Source: Octopus vulgaris (lineage: Eukaryota). Taken from it: a stretch of 64,000 bases of DNA. The translations under genes were made by a program, and so were the position numbers. Location: positions 109,306,001 to 109,370,000 of the forward strand of contig OX597823.1 in assembly GCA_951406725.2 (NCBI GenBank), given 5' to 3'. Shown one piece after another: positions 13,789 to 27,791 of this stretch (its first letter is position 1; the number at the start of each line of letters is the position of its first letter). Below the pieces are notes generated by a model that saw nothing but the letters and a program-made list of their open reading frames with translations, searched no databases and was not told the origin of the DNA.

Positions 13789-14177
13789 CCTATTTCTTTA
13801 CTGAACACAGAGGGGTCAAACACGGGATTAAGTCGATTACATCGACCCCAGTGCGTAACTGGTACTTAATTTATCGACCCTGAAAGGATGAAAGTCAAAG
13901 TCGATCTCGGCGGAATTTGAACTCAGAACGTAACGGCTGACGAAATACCTATTTCTTTACTACCGACAAGGGACTAAACACAGAGAGGACAAACAAGGAC
14001 AGACAAACGGATTGAGTCGATTACATCGACCCCAGTGCGTAACTGGTAATTAATTTATTGACCCTGAAAGGATGAAAGGCAAAGTCGACCTCGGCGGAAT
14101 TTGAACTCACAACGTCACAACAGACGAAATACCGCTAAGCGTTTCGCCTGGCGTGCTAACGTTTCTGCCAGTTCGCC
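13789..14177 (-). mobile_element. SINE family A dimer
   Basis: Two tandem bodies with junction gaaatacc|tatttcttt near 13948. Confidence 0.9.
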
Positions 14178-14584
14178 TAAGGAGTCTAATGAAATCGAAT
14201 CATTCAGAGTTGTCTCCCTTATTTGCTCATACAAAGAACAGGTGTTAATTTGATGCCTTGTATATTTGCCTAATCAATATATTGAAATCTACTGCTACTA
14301 TTTCTAATATTATAAGCTCTGGAAATAATGTTGTCCAAATTTTTATTACTTAAATATGGGCCAGTGTCCATCGATAATTAAATTAACGATTTTAATTTAA
14401 AATCATTCTTCTGTAAGCTCGGTGATAGGAAGAACAGCATGGGAGATAGAAAACCTTATATTTTAATCAACTCACTAAACTAGCTATAGGCGTCCTATAA
14501 AGTCAGTCGCATCAGCATCAATAACCCCATTATTTTCAGAATAACCGATGGCTACAAACATTGGAAAGATGATCAATTTTATCA

Positions 14585-15230
14585 CCGCCACGGTCATCAC
14601 CACCGCCAGCTCCACAGCTGATGCAGCCTGTACTGCTACTGTCACAACTAGCAGCAACAGCAGCATCACCACCACCACCACCACCACCAGCACCACCAGC
14701 ACCACCAGCACCACCAGCACCACCAGCACCACCATCAGTAGCTTCACCACCACCACCACCACCACCAGCAGCAGCATCACCACCACCACCACCACCACCA
14801 GCATCACCACCACCACCACCACCACCACCACCACCACCACCACCACCAACACCACCACCACCACCACCACCATCACCACCACCATCACCATCACCACCAC
14901 CACCACCACCACCACCACCACCACCACCACCACCACCACCACCACCACCACCACCGCCACCACCACCACCACCACCAGTAGCAGCAGCGCCACCACCACC
15001 ACCACCACCACCACCACCACCACCACCACCACCAGCTTCACCACCACTACCGTCACCACCACCATTAACATCACCACCACCACCAGCATCACCACCACCA
15101 CCACCACCACCATCACCACCACCACCACCACCACCACCATCACCACCACCACCAGTAGCAGCAGCGCCACCACCATCACCACCACCACTACCACTACCAC
15201 TGCCATTATCACCATCAGCAGCAGCATTTC
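14585..15230. repeat. Long imperfect (ACC)n trinucleotide repeat with AGC/ATC variants
   Basis: About 640 bp; produces the poly-T, poly-P and poly-V ORFs. Confidence 0.95.
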
Positions 15231-15975
15231 TAGTAACACAATCGATACGTGACTAAACAGGTACAACAGCAACAACATCAATAACCGGCATCAAAAAATA
15301 AATACATAAGAGATTTTCCATAAGGTCATTTTACCTGTCAGAAATAGCAGCTAAGTCGCTATCAAATCTGACTCCCACCAACGTTTTAAGAAAAGAACTC
15401 GAACGACACGGCGGTCCTTGATTCTTTGTACGTAAGAAAAACACTGCATGGGTCCGGGTGGAATGCTTTGATCATTGAAATGCTCGATAAGGTCTGACCA
15501 GGGGCTAAACAACAACGAACAAGAACAACCATCTGTGCCAGGCCATCAACTCCACCATAATTTTCGGTAACACCACAAAATACTTATGCTCACTCTATCC
15601 GCTCCTGTTTCTTGTCATTAACAAGTGACCATCACCACCAACAACAAATCTCTCATTATCATCGATGCGAACATTTACACTACCAACCTTTAACCACTTA
15701 TACTACAACCTCAACTCAAATACAACAAAGACGAACATTACTTCCATTTTACTCCACTACATCCCCACCACAAACAATAACAGCAACAACAAATTTATTA
15801 CCATGCTATCGCCACTTCACTGGTACCACTACCATCGGCTTGACCAAAACTGCTGCCAATAACTATAGGCATGGCTTTGAGGTAAGAAGTTCCCCAAACA
15901 CACAATTCTGGATTCATTCCCACGACCAAAATCTTTTAGGTGGATATTTGGTAGACGAAAATTGAAAGAAGCCCG

Positions 15976-16041
<66 letters not shown>

Positions 16042-16319
16042 TTATTTATTTTTTATTTATTTATTTATATATTTATCTTTATTTTATCTAGTTTCAGCTC
16101 ACGAGCTGTCGCCATGCTGGGGCACCAAAATAAAATAACGAACTTATCAAGTGGTTAGCATGAAAAAAATAATCTTCAAATGTAATAATTATTAAAATTA
16201 TAAGTTAGGGTATCTACGAGATACCAACATGCTGAAAATAGCAGCCATGATCTGACTCTAAAACCACCTTAAGTTTTCATATAGCAACATGGTGAGAAGA
16301 CAAAAGACAAGATGAAACT

Positions 16320-16662
16320 AGTAAAAAAATTACTGGATAATTCTAGATCCCGGATTTCTGAATTTGCATTTAGGAATGCTTTGCCTCGTCAGTAGAATAC
16401 ACACAGAAGAGAAACATAAATACATTTATATATCTATAGATACAACATACGAATACTTACATATACGAACATATACGAACATATATATGCATATATGCAT
16501 CATCAAGGCTAGTTCAAAATGCTCGCTAATTCCATGTGCGATATGGTAAAATATCACCGCAGTAAATACAGTGAGGAAATAAATTTAAATTTATATAAAT
16601 AAGAATAAGATCATTAATTTAAAATAAATCCGGGATCTAGAATTATCCAGTAATTCTTTACT
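16320..16662. mobile_element. Inverted-repeat, HHR-bearing Penelope-like remnant
   Basis: About 37-bp inverted repeat at 16320-16357 and 16626-16662 (aattactggataattctagatcccggattt), overlapping the 3' half of the HHR. Confidence 0.55.
16340..16398 (-). ncRNA. Type I hammerhead ribozyme motif with degenerate stem II base
   Basis: Minus: ATTCTA-CTGACGA-ggcaaa[gcatt ccta aatgc]aaattca-GAAA-tccggga-TC-TAGAAT; 6-bp stem I, intact core, AUC site. Confidence 0.65.
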
Positions 16663-17529
16663 GTAAACATGGGATTCCCCGTTCTCTGATTAAGCTCGGA
16701 AAGGTCCTTACAATCTATAAGCAACCTAAGAGATAAGTCATTTGTTCCCCCTCTTATGGCCCACAAACATTACTGGTCTGAGGGAGATAGCCCGTCCTTA
16801 CTGATCTCAATCTATTTATTCTTTGGTGACAACTGACCAAATGAGCCTCACGGATTCCTGCCTCCTAGAGGTGAAGAACTGCATTTATCTTTGGGTTTAG
16901 ATTCTTTAGAATCTATATTATTAATCATCATGGTCACTCATACGGTCATCATCAAATGTTTTCCCACCTCGCAATTATCAAGTCTAGAATTACTTGGACA
17001 GCAATAGTACCACCGACAGATATAATATCTCGAACAACAAATACTACCAACTCACTAACACAAGCAGCAACAGCATCAGCACCATCGCTATTATACGACA
17101 ACTAACACCAAAATACTCCGGAACTACACTGCAATCACCACTAACATCATAACCCCAACTGCAACTACAAAATGCAACAACCACCGCTGACATTATCGCT
17201 ACGACCGCAGCTACAATTACGAAAGTCATTGCTAACGCAATTACCACGACTACAATATAATAACTACCACTAACACTACTACTACAACTATAATCACAGC
17301 TTCCGTGGTTATAATTTATAGCCAAAGCCTAGGTTTGTATTTTCTAAGTTGACAGCCTGTATGCACTGAATGACACTGAGTACCACTGAGACGGTTGGTG
17401 GGCGGACACCTTTCCTCACAGATGTATCACATATTTTCAAATATTTATACATCCGTGCGAGTGAGTATGTGTGTATGTGTGTATGTGTGTTTGTGTCTAT
17501 ATGTATGTATGCGCGCACACACACCACGA

Positions 17530-17573
<44 letters not shown>

Positions 17574-18558
17574 AGAGAGAGAAAAAACAGGCGAGAGAGA
17601 GAACAGGGGAGAGAGAGAGAGAGAAGTTAGATCAAAGAAGAGAAATTATACAATACAAATAACACAATATTATCGTTAGAGGAAGGGACCAAATTAGAAT
17701 CCGCCGTTATATTTTCACAATTAAATTTTCATAAAATTTTATTTTCTTTCACGTTGTGACTCTGTTTATTTTCTTTTGCATGATTATTTAAAGACATACT
17801 TTGTTTATATTAAGTTTGCGGGGTGCCAGTGTCGTTACGGCGGCGGACAAAATTTTGAAGGGTATTCGAATTAAAGGCGGTAGGGGTAGCACCTTACAAA
17901 AATCCCTTCTTACCTAACTCCATTTATTTACACTTTTTTTTCTTTTCAGCCAGTAGTCTATGGCCATACTGCAGCACCGACGTATTTAATTTTGTTACAG
18001 ATGAGCTTATTATGAAACCTTTCACCCGATTTTCTGGAGATCTTATCCCCCGTAAATGGAGAACATATCTCCTTGTCTAAGACTCGCTAGATAATTTGTT
18101 ATTAGATGCTTTTATAACGAAAAGATGGTCACGGTTGGAATGATTTTGATCATATGCCTTCTGAATCAAGATTACCTTGTGTCTTAACAACTACGAACAT
18201 CAGTAGTAACAGAAAATTTGTTCTATGACATTTGAGTTCAAATCCCGTTATATTCATCACTTGTAACGGTTCCGAGGATCGTTGCGTTCAGTACCAGCCA
18301 TGTAACGAAATCAATGTATTAAATATATTCTTGCCTGAAGTTAATAACACGTATTCTATTTAGTTCCGTGCGTATATATTTATCCATAGTGTGAGAATGC
18401 CAGTGCAGAATGTAACTACTTGTGAATGTGACGCTATGAATCTCCTCCTACAAGCCTTATGCCTTACTCTATTATTCGAGTTCTAGATTCAGTACAAATT
18501 TTTGGAGGCTTTAGCACTTAATGCACTTAATTTACTCTTATATAACAAAGTAATGAAG

Positions 18559-18605
<47 letters not shown>

Positions 18606-18658
18606 AAACTTATTTGGAAATGGATGCGTGGCGTTCGATCATATCATACTATAAATAA

Positions 18659-18725
<67 letters not shown>

Positions 18726-18730
18726 TATAT

Positions 18731-19657
18731 AGAAGGAGCTTCTACAGGACTAGAACTGTTTCATTCAAGAGAAATCATCAGGAAGCTAGTTAACAAGAAT
18801 ATGTACATATATATATGCATATATACATACATACATACATACATTTACATACCTACATATATATGTATATTTACATGCATATATGGGTACAGGGATTAAA
18901 AAACGTGAATAAAATGAGAAACGAGAACATAAAAAGCAAAAGCATGGAAAACGAATATTTTTTCGAGTAACGAAAGAAACAAACAGAGAAACGAAACAGG
19001 CAACATAAAGAACATTCCCTTCATCGGTTGTTGCCTAGTTTATCTACTCCACGTATCGAAGGTAGGGACAAGACGCGATTTAAAACAGTCCTTCCCGCAA
19101 AGCAAATTAAAAAAAATTTGGTTAAAGTGGTAACAAAAACAGCACAGTAAGAACAAAACAGCAAAAGTTAACGGTGAGGGCTGTTAAGCCATTACGAGGT
19201 GAAGTGGTGAAAGCTAGAAAAACGAGCTTTGAGAAGAGACAGGCAAAAGCACGTCTTGTCTTTAGGAAGGAAGTGGAAGAAAGAAAGATAAATGTTGGTC
19301 ACGTGTGAGCAACGAGAGAGTCAAGGAGGAAGAGTGAGGTAGAGAGAGAGGGGGAACGGTGAAGGGGAGAGGACTGTTTTAACGAAGTCACATTTTGTTC
19401 TACCCTCGAAACGTTGAGTAGATAAAACAGGGGACAGCTGATGAAGGGAATGTTCTTTATGTTGCCTGTCTCGTTTCTGTATTTGTTTCTTTCGTTACTC
19501 GAAAAAATGTTCGTTTTCCATGCGTTTGTTTTTTATGATCTCGTTTCTCGCTTTGTTCACGTCTTCTTTCACTCTTGTACCTATATATTCATGTATATAT
19601 ACATATGTATGTAGGCATGTACATGTATGTGTGTATATATGCATATATATATATGTA
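18731..19657 (-). mobile_element. Non-coding foldback element with terminal HHR, between TA microsatellites (Penelope-like)
   Basis: Imperfect inverted arms at about 18803-19092 and 19370-19657; HHR distal to the left arm; flanked by TA-rich runs. Confidence 0.65.
18737..18787 (-). ncRNA. Type I hammerhead ribozyme motif
   Basis: Minus: AGCTTC-CTGATGA-t[ttc tctt gaa]t-GAAA-cag ttctagtc ctg-TA-GAAGCT; 6-bp stem I, 4-bp stem III, GUA site. Confidence 0.75.
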
Positions 19658-19689
19658 TATATAATTTATATTATATATATATATATAAT

Positions 19690-20066
19690 GGAGGCGCAAT
19701 GGCCCAGTGGTTAGGGCAGCGGACACGCGGTCGTAGGATCGCGGTTTCGATTCCCAGACCGGGCATTGTGAGTGTTTATTGAGCGAAAACACCTAAAGCT
19801 CCACGAGTCTCCGGCAGGGGATGGTGACGATCCCTGCTGTACTCTTTCACCACAACTTTCTCTCACTCTTGCTTCCTGTTTCTGTTGTACCTGTATTTCA
19901 AAGGGCCGGCCTTGTCACTCTCTGTGTCACGCTGAATATCCCCGAGAACTACGTTAAGGGTGCACGTGTCTGTGGAGTGCTCAGCCACTTGCACGTTAAT
20001 TTCACGAGCAGGCTGTTCCGTTGATCGGATCAACCGGAACCCTCGTCGTCGTAACCGACAGAGTGC
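19690..20066 (+). mobile_element. SINE family C, full length (tail type 1)
   Basis: Pol III A-box TGGCCCAGTGG and B-box GGTTTCGATTCC, followed by a (TTCCA)n-like tail. Confidence 0.9.
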
Positions 20067-20156
20067 TTCCATTCCATTCCATATATATATAATCTATATT
20101 ATTATACATATATGTACACACATATACATATTCATTTATATATATGTATATGTAAA

Positions 20157-20184
20157 TAGATAGACAGCAGACAGACAGACAGAC

Positions 20185-20241
<57 letters not shown>

Positions 20242-20242
20242 C

Positions 20243-20325
<83 letters not shown>

Positions 20326-20350
20326 CATAGATAGATAGATAGATAGATAG
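20157..20350. repeat. (GACA)n(GATA)n tetranucleotide microsatellite
   Basis: Direct inspection. Confidence 0.97.
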
Positions 20351-20845
20351 TACAATATTTCACACGCAGATTATTAAGAACCTAACCAAAATATTCGTTA
20401 GGACAACATTAAAATGTAATAAAATAAATGAAAGTAGTCCTGTATAACGTTGGCGATATTCAACATGAGACGTTAATATAAGTTTAACTCGTATCCAAAC
20501 AATAAAGCTTTGCTCAACAAAAGACAGAGAACAGGTGCACTGAGATTACACTAAAGTTTTATAACAGGAGAGAACAGCATATAGGACCCTTGGGTTTCAT
20601 ACTAAGGACAACTTAATGAGTTAGAAATAGCTGTTTAAATCTCACTAAAATCACATACTGCTGTTTTTAAAAATAGCATATTGGTAATTATGGGACTTTG
20701 TACTCTAAGATTTAAAAAAAAAATTAGAAAGACAAGATGGTCCCAGCTGCAGCGTCCCCGAGCTATGATCAAAAGTGTTCTTGCATGCACATTCAGTTGA
20801 TCTCTCTCTCTCTTTCTCTCTCTCTCACACACACTCACACACACA

Positions 20846-20906
<61 letters not shown>

Positions 20907-21541
20907 GAACTTAGTATCTAAAACCTCAATTTCTAATGTGTTCATATCTCCTTATTTTTCTTTTAAACAATTAGACATCTGAGTGTTATTTGAGATAGAT
21001 TTAACTGCTATTTCTAGCAGGTCTAATGACTACGTCGGTCCCGCAAAATAATGAGTGTTTGAAAGAATTAACGACACAGTAATTACTTTTATAGATTCAT
21101 CGTCATGTCAACAAGGAAAGCGGAGACGATGTTGCGGTTGCAGGAAAAATTTATTGGATAAGTCAATAGTCTATCGCAAGCACCATTCTCTGGAAGCATA
21201 TTCCTTTAAACTTGGGTAAGAGCATAACATTTTCTTAATTGTCATGTCTCAGTAGATCAAAGTAGTGGACGGAAATATAACGAATACACGCTAACAAGCC
21301 AGCGTAGCGCAGAGCGGATCTCACTGTTACCGGACAACCACGCATAAAGACTATGATTAGTATTTTATTATAGATATTGAATTGTTATTTTTATAACGGA
21401 CTGATATACTTTGCTCTCGATTAACTGTTACGATTCACCGTGGTAATCGATGATAGCAGAGTAAAATTGATGACTGATTCCTTGTGGTGCAAATTTTAAA
21501 TTTTTTTTTAATAGAAATTGTACCTTTTTATATACACGGTA

Positions 21542-21770
21542 GGCGAGCTGGCAGAAACGTTAGCACACCGGTTAACATGCCTAGTGGTATTTCGTCTGCC
21601 GCTACGTTCTGAGTTCAAATTCCGCCGAGGTCGACTTTGCCTTTCATCCTTTCGGGGTCGATGAAATAAGTACCAGTATATCACTGAGGTCGATGTAATC
21701 GACTTAATTCGTTTGTCTGTCCTTGCTTGTCCCCTCTATGTTTAGCCCCCTGTGGGCAATAAAGAAATAA
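21542..21770 (+). mobile_element. SINE family A monomer
   Basis: Head ggcgagctggcagaaacg through tail gtgggcaataaagaaata. Confidence 0.9.
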
Positions 21771-22955
21771 AAATCATAAACAGAGAAATATTTCTTTCCC
21801 TTTCAAATATTAACAGACATTTGGGGTATATCTTTGTTGTTTGCCTTCTGTAAGGTATTTGATTTCATTTCTCCACTTACGATTCGTTTCTATTTAGCTT
21901 GTTATAGTAGTAGTAGTAGTTGTTGCCTTTGATTTTGCCGTCATTGATGATTGGGTCATAGCATATTATACATAACACGATGCCAAGTTATCATTCACAT
22001 AAGTCTTAGTTATCAGGTGTATATAGCAGATACTGCTCAACTAAAAGAGTCAACTCATATAATAAGGGCTAAAAAATTCACTTGATGCTCTAAGTTTCGA
22101 TTGCATCTACTTGCATTAAGGTAATTCCAAGTATCTTATCCTTCATCGGTTTATGAAGATTGCTCTCTACAACTGACAGAATTGCCTAAGGTGCATTCAG
22201 TTTCTGTCTAACCCGACTTTAATCACAATACTGAGAAATCTTAAGCAATGATTTCATCATGTACTCCATTTCCAGTTTACACTACACCTGTTATAATTTT
22301 TCTTAAATCTTACAATTTCTATTTCTAATACCAGCTGTCTTTCTTTCGTTCGTTCTTGCTTTTCTTTCTCTCTTTTTCTTTCTACTTATTTATTTATTTA
22401 TTTCTATCTTTCTTCTTTCCTTTCATTCTGCTTTTCTTTCTTTCATTTTCCAGTTCCCTCAATGCCTCTCTTTATAAACCTATTACTCCACCTCGCTCAC
22501 TCCTACCAAATCTCTTTTCATCCCACCACCCCGCAACTCCTCTTCGTCTTCTTCTTTTTTCTCACTCTCGCTAACAATAATACCCCACCCCACAAATATC
22601 TAACTCCAACTCACCGTTATATATTTAGCATTATCCATCTGCAAAACACATTATCACTTCTGTTAAGTCATTATCACTGTAAAGCAAACATTAAACTTTA
22701 AACGTATCATCTACAATTTACCGTAAAAAACTCATTTTAAACGTGCATCTTTATCGCAAATACCATCATCATCATTATCATCACCCCACTCCTACCTCCA
22801 CCCTCGCCACCACCACCACCACCGCTGCCGTCGACACCATTTTAATCATCAGCAGCAGTAGCATCTCTATAATCTCATCATCGTCGCCATCATCATCCGT
22901 TGTCGTCAAGATGATCAGCATCATTATCCTTGTATTGATTGTCATCCTATTCCTT

Positions 22956-23188
22956 ATCTATTTCTTTACTACCCACAAGGGTTAAACACAGAGAGGACAA
23001 ACAAGGACAGACAAACGGATTAAGTCGATTATATCGACCTCAGTGCGTAACTGGTACTTATTTAATCGATCCTGAAAGGATGAAAGGCAAAGTCGACCTC
23101 GACGGAATTTGAACTCAGAACGTCGCGGCAGACGAAATACCGCTAAGCATTTCACCCGGCGTGCTAATGTTTCTGCCAGCTCGCCGCC
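22956..23188 (-). mobile_element. SINE family A monomer
   Basis: Reverse-complement match to family A. Confidence 0.9.
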
Positions 23189-23528
23189 TTTTCTTTATCG
23201 TCATCAACCTCATGGTCGTTGTTGTCATCGTGGTCATCCTCATCCTCCTCATCCTCATCTCCATCATCATGAACATCAGCCGCTCACCATATTCGTGATC
23301 AACATCTAGACAACAATATTCTGAACTTCAATATACAATAACGATTTCTGCTGTCGGCAGAAGACCATCAATTTTAAGGTAAGGTGTTAATTGACACCAT
23401 CGTATCCGAAAGGCTTAAAGGATTCGTTGAACTAGCTCGACATGATTTGAAACCTGATTGAAAAGAACCAGGTAAGAAATGCAGCATGGAAAATAGTTTG
23501 AAGCTCTAAAGACTCTGCCAGCACGCTG

Positions 23529-23762
23529 CCTATTTCTTTACTAGGCACAAGGGGCTAAACACAGAGGAGACAAACAAGGACAGAGAGACGGATTAAGTCG
23601 ATTACATCGACTCCAGTGCGTAACTGGTACTTAATTTATCGACCACGAAAGGATGAAAGGGAAAGTCGACCTCGGCGGAATTTGAACTCAGTACGTAACG
23701 GCAGACGAAATACGGCTACGTATTTCGCCCGGCGTGCTAACGTTTCTGCCAGCACGCTGCCT
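23529..23762 (-). mobile_element. SINE family A monomer
   Basis: Reverse-complement match; tctgccagcacgctgcct also occurs at 23514-23531. Confidence 0.88.
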
Positions 23763-24239
23763 TAATTGCAGAAAACAATGATAGCAATAAATAACAATAA
23801 CACCACCACCAGCAACAGCAGTTGGAACAACAATAATATAAATAATTAAAAAAATAACAGTTATTATAACGACCATACTAGCATCAACATTAACAAGAAC
23901 CACGGTAGAATTTCAGCGAAAGCTACAGCATGAGCAGTTGGGATTATTTCGTGCTAGTCTCAAATCGTTTCTCTTTTGAAGCCATCTTGCGCATTCTTTG
24001 TGATATTAATATCTTGCAAACGATCCGAAACAAAGATAACGCAATAAGTGGCACAGAGGTGATCCTACATTCTACCCTCCTCTTTTTTTTTTATTGTATA
24101 CTATTTATTTTTTTTATATTTATTCATTTTGTTTTTAGTTTTTGATTTAGTGTCGATTAAAATGCTACCACTCATCCTTGTGTCGACTCAGAGCCATTTG
24201 GCACATTCCCTGTTGGTTCCATTTTCAGATCTAACATTC

Positions 24240-24930
24240 GTTTCAAATTTTAGCACAAGGCCAGCAATTTGGGGGGAAAGGAGGAAAATTGATTACATCG
24301 ACCCCAGTGCTCGCGAAAAGATGAAAGCCAAAGTCGACGTCGGCAGAATTTGATTCTCAGAACGTAAGAACGGACGAAATGCCGCTAAGCATTTTTACCG
24401 GCGTGTTAAAGATTCTGTTAGCTCGCCACCTTAGAATACTATAAATTACAGACTCCCTATAACATTGGTTTCAAACTTTGGTACACGACCATCAATTTAG
24501 GGATGGTCGCTAAGTCAATTACATCGACACATCAACCCCAGTGTTCAACTGGTACTTATTCTATCGACCTCGAAAGGATGAAAGGTAAAGTCGACCTCGG
24601 CGGAATTCAAACTCAGAACGTAAAGATGGACGAAATGCCGCTTAGCATTTTACACTGCACAGCAATAATTCTGCCAGCTTGCTGCCTTCCTTCGGTCGAA
24701 TATTCGAATATTCTTTTCTCCTCTAAGTTCAAGGCCCGAAATTTTTGGGGAGGGCACCAGTCGATTAGATCTACCCCAGTACGCAACTGGTACTTAATTT
24801 ATCGAACCCCAAAAGGATGAAAAGCAAAGTCGACCTCGGAAGAATTTGATTCTTAGAACATAAAAATGGCCGAAATACCGCTTAGCATTTTAACCTGGGC
24901 AGTAACGATTCTGACGGCTTGCTGCATTCC
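24240..24930 (-). mobile_element. Three tandem older family A-related SINE copies (different tail)
   Basis: Three repeats of aaagtcgac(c/g)tcgg..gaatt and gaaat.ccgct.agcatttt at about 240-bp spacing. Confidence 0.75.
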
Positions 24931-25397
24931 TTGGGTGGAATATTAAACCAATCATTCATTTCATAACCGTATATTGGTAGATTATTCGGAAGCATTTAAA
25001 GTGACATAGAATGAAATTTAAATATTTCTGGATTTAAATAGTTTTTGTACAAGCTGATTTTCATGCGATGGAGGGTTTTCTTGAAACATCTGATATTGTT
25101 CTTAAAATTAACTGGCAACCTCCATCCCAGTAAAAAGATGGAGCAATGCCAACGAACAAGCAGCTTGCAGAAGCAAAATAATAGCAAACAAAAAAAAAAA
25201 AGCACACACAACAGTAAACAACAATAACAATAGTATCGCTAACATAATGAACAACATTAACTTCATCGCCGTCAAAGTGATATGTTTATGTTAACCAAAC
25301 AGCGAAAGCGATGAGGACCAATAAAGCAAAATGGGTGCCAAGAAAGCAACAAAACGAACTCATTAACTAACTAATTAGCTATCAAAATAACTAGCTA

Positions 25398-25460
25398 ACT
25401 ACTACTACCACTACCACCACCACCACAACCACCACAACCTCAACCTCTACTACTACTATT

Positions 25461-25499
<39 letters not shown>

Positions 25500-25759
25500 T
25501 ACCACCAACACCACTACGACTACTGCTACTACTACTACAACTACTACTACTAACATCATCACTACTACTACTAACACTACCTCCACCAACACCACCACTA
25601 CTACTACTACTACTACAACTACTACTACTACTACTACTACTAGTGCTATCACCATCACTACTACTACTACTACTACAACCACAACTACTAATACTACCAC
25701 TACTACCACAACTACTACTACTAGCACCATCGCAACTACTACTGCTACTACTGCTGCTG

Positions 25760-25795
<36 letters not shown>
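25398..25795. repeat. Imperfect (ACT)n/(ACC)n microsatellite
   Basis: Direct inspection. Confidence 0.95.
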
Positions 25796-26656
25796 ACAGC
25801 GTTGCATTTGTCAGTAGCCTCATTGAAACAATTAAATATCTTAGACTAAAATAAAAATTAATATAAACAACTTAATGCAAACCAAATGATAAACTCCATG
25901 TGACAGCAACAACAACGACAAGACCAATAGCAACAACAATACTACCGACAACGTCACCAACAACACCAGCAACAACAAGTACAGGAAGTTGAAAAGGCAT
26001 CAGAAACCAAAGAGAAGCAAAAGAAGCAGAATATGTATTTAAAAAAATATAAGCTGAATATATAGAACAACAGCAACAACAACAGCAACAACAGCAGTAA
26101 CAGTACCACCACCACCACTACCATTATGCTAAAAGAGTGAACTATGATAAACAATAATTGCAGGAACAATTGTAACAACGACATCAAGAAAACTTTCAGT
26201 GGGACAATTAATACAGAGAAGCCTCGAAAAAAATGTCCAGATGTTGATTAATTAAATCTTTTAATATTTCCATATTTAATTAAAGTTGATTGAATACATA
26301 CTTCCATATTAACATAGCAATGTTGCTGTTGTGATTATTGTTGCTATCGTTGTTGTTGCTGTTGTTTTCGTTGTTCTGTTGTCGCTGTTGTTGTTGTTAA
26401 GCAGCAGGACGGGTAAGGGTGATTAGGTGATGGTTTAGGGCTTAGGGGCGGGAGACCTCAGACCTTGGAAAAAAAAACAACTTTGGTCGTCTTGTTGTAG
26501 TCAAGGGCCCTTCGTTGACCCTCGACACCACTGGGAGGTGGCCCTCGAAGTTGCTGGAAATGGAGATCTCCAGGTCCAAATTCTTGAACTTGCTGTTGAT
26601 TTTGTCCCTTATTATTTTTTTTCTTGTTCTAGTGTAGCGTCCTCCAATCCCAGATA

Positions 26657-27189
26657 TCTATATATATAAAACTGTAGTTGTGTGAGTGTCTGTCCCCTTC
26701 GATTTAGATTCCTAACTACTCCCACATTTTGCGGTGCAGTTTAACCAAATTCGGGTATCTTATAGTCGTGATTCATATCGAGCCCGTCTGAGTACTAGCG
26801 CGCGTCTACGATGAGTCTACGATTTTAAAAATAATTTAACATAATTTTTTATTCCATTTTGATGCATAATATTTCGTGTGTCGATGGCGGCGGAGTTGGC
26901 GTCCATGGTCACACCTGCACCTGTTTGCTTCTCCCCCTTCTTCCCTCCCTCGTGAAGCTGTGGGGAAGGGAGTGTAAGGAAATCAACGTCGTAAAGCGTT
27001 GTCAAGGAGACCAGCGTTCTTTTAGAACAACGACTTCATGGCTTGAAGACACTGAGTCAACGATTTAAAAAAAAAAAATATCATAATTTTTTATTCCATT
27101 TTTAATGCATTTTTTTGCTATAACTCTCTAAAAATGCTTATGTAGTTATTTCCCTTACAAACCCGAGCAACGCCGGGCGATACTGCTAG
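26657..27189 (+). mobile_element. Non-autonomous Helitron (family H1 core with extra internal segment)
   Basis: A|TCTATATATATAAAA 5' end; cccgagcaacgccggg hairpin; CTAG|T 3' end; no TSD. Confidence 0.9.
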
Positions 27190-27547
27190 TCATCTATAAT
27201 TAAGCACACCCCTGATCAAAGGTTTTCCAACCTACGCAGATCCCAGTGTTTAGGACAACACTGATTGTATTTGAAATTTCTCTTTTTAAAATACATCAAA
27301 GTTATAAATAAGTTCTGTTTCGAAAGCCAACTGATGAAAGTGACTGGTTGTGTTACGATCCTGTCAGAGCTCATGCGTGACGCATATCTATCTCATTTGG
27401 CAACAAATAGACATGTTAAGTACCTTTATATCTGTGCATGTGTATATATGTATATGTGTATATGTGTATGCGTGTGTTATGGATACATACATACGTACAT
27501 AATACATATATACATGCATATATATATATATATATATACACAAACAC

Positions 27548-27592
<45 letters not shown>

Positions 27593-27633
27593 TACATATG
27601 TACACGCATATACTTAAGTATGCATTTATATAT

Positions 27634-27699
<66 letters not shown>

Positions 27700-27791
27700 T
27701 TATATATGTGTATGAATGTATAAATATATTTATATATACTCATGTATATATATGCATATATGTATGTATGTGTTTGTATATATATATATAT

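Noticed and set aside
14484-15281. Long ORFs (poly-Thr mucin-like, poly-Pro extensin-like, poly-Val)
   Set aside because: They arise from an (ACC)n microsatellite that is open in several frames on both strands; no domain or splice support
19403-19450. Permuted (type II) hammerhead: ccctcGAAAcg...CTGATGAaggg
   Set aside because: Both core boxes are present, but I cannot form stem III or stem I between them, and the inverted copy has both boxes mutated
19690-19765. tRNA gene (also the heads of SINE families A and B)
   Set aside because: A/B boxes are present, but the sequence continues into SINE bodies with no clean cloverleaf; these are tRNA-derived SINE heads
26434-26449. Telomere-like TTAGGG units
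   Set aside because: Only two units; not an array
26455-26610. Possible L1/Tx1 ORF1 remnant (LPV-VEGQRR on the minus strand)
   Set aside because: Too short and frameshifted to support
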